64,000 nucleotides of DNA from Gekko japonicus (Eukaryota). The position numbers and the translations under genes are program-made. The notes below the pieces were generated by a model. That model had not been told where the DNA came from and did not search any database. It saw only the letters and a list, made by a program, of their open reading frames with translations. Where the stretch lies: positions 417,458-481,457 of the forward strand of contig NW_015175996.1 of NCBI RefSeq assembly GCF_001447785.1, in the 5' to 3' direction. Positions 63,668-64,000 of this stretch are shown piece after piece. Each line of letters starts with the position of its first letter. Within the stretch, counting starts at the first letter, position 1.

Positions 63668-64000
63668 TTATACATCCTTGCACAGCTATCATGTTACAAT
63701 GATGAATACACTGACTGTTAAACACCACCAACTGCACAGGTGCAAAAAGAACACATGCAGTCTAATGGTTCGTGACCCACTTATGACGATCCTGATGCAT
63801 CCATAAACTCAGCAAGCCAACTGAAACTACCAAGCCAGCTGCCATGCTGAAAGTTGCCACTGTACATTAAAAACATTACTCAGGACAGTGCCAGTTTTTA
63901 CTTGTGAACAGATCATCAGTGTGACCTCATTATATCAACCAAAGAAGGAATGTGCATTTTGAACAAGGTAAGATCGATTTTCAAATAGTTTATTTGAGAA

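Overview
Repeat-dense vertebrate DNA from a squamate reptile, probably a gecko (inferred from Sauria SINEs, BovB, Squam3-like SINE, CR1, L2 and L1 content), with three assembly gaps (8123-8188, 20060-20191, 38781-39696). I could not identify any host protein-coding gene, so the window looks intronic or intergenic. Nearly all listed ORFs are decayed transposon proteins or chance ORFs. Many insertions can be delimited by terminal repeats and target-site duplications (TSDs): hAT-like MITEs (8-bp TSD), solo LTRs (5-bp TSD), non-autonomous Helitrons and nested LINEs. The most notable observations are: (1) two independent L1-ORF1-only ('half-L1'/HAL1-like) insertions with an acidic/basic C-terminal tail; (2) a fragmented Ngaro/DIRS-type element with an SGNH-hydrolase module; (3) a CR1 with ORF1 joined directly to its 3' end; (4) a 258-bp fold-back MITE and a one-armed sibling; (5) a young chimeric SINE; (6) a Penelope-type minimal hammerhead motif. 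All family names come from motif recognition, not database searches. I see no convincing evidence of a wholly new multi-gene system.
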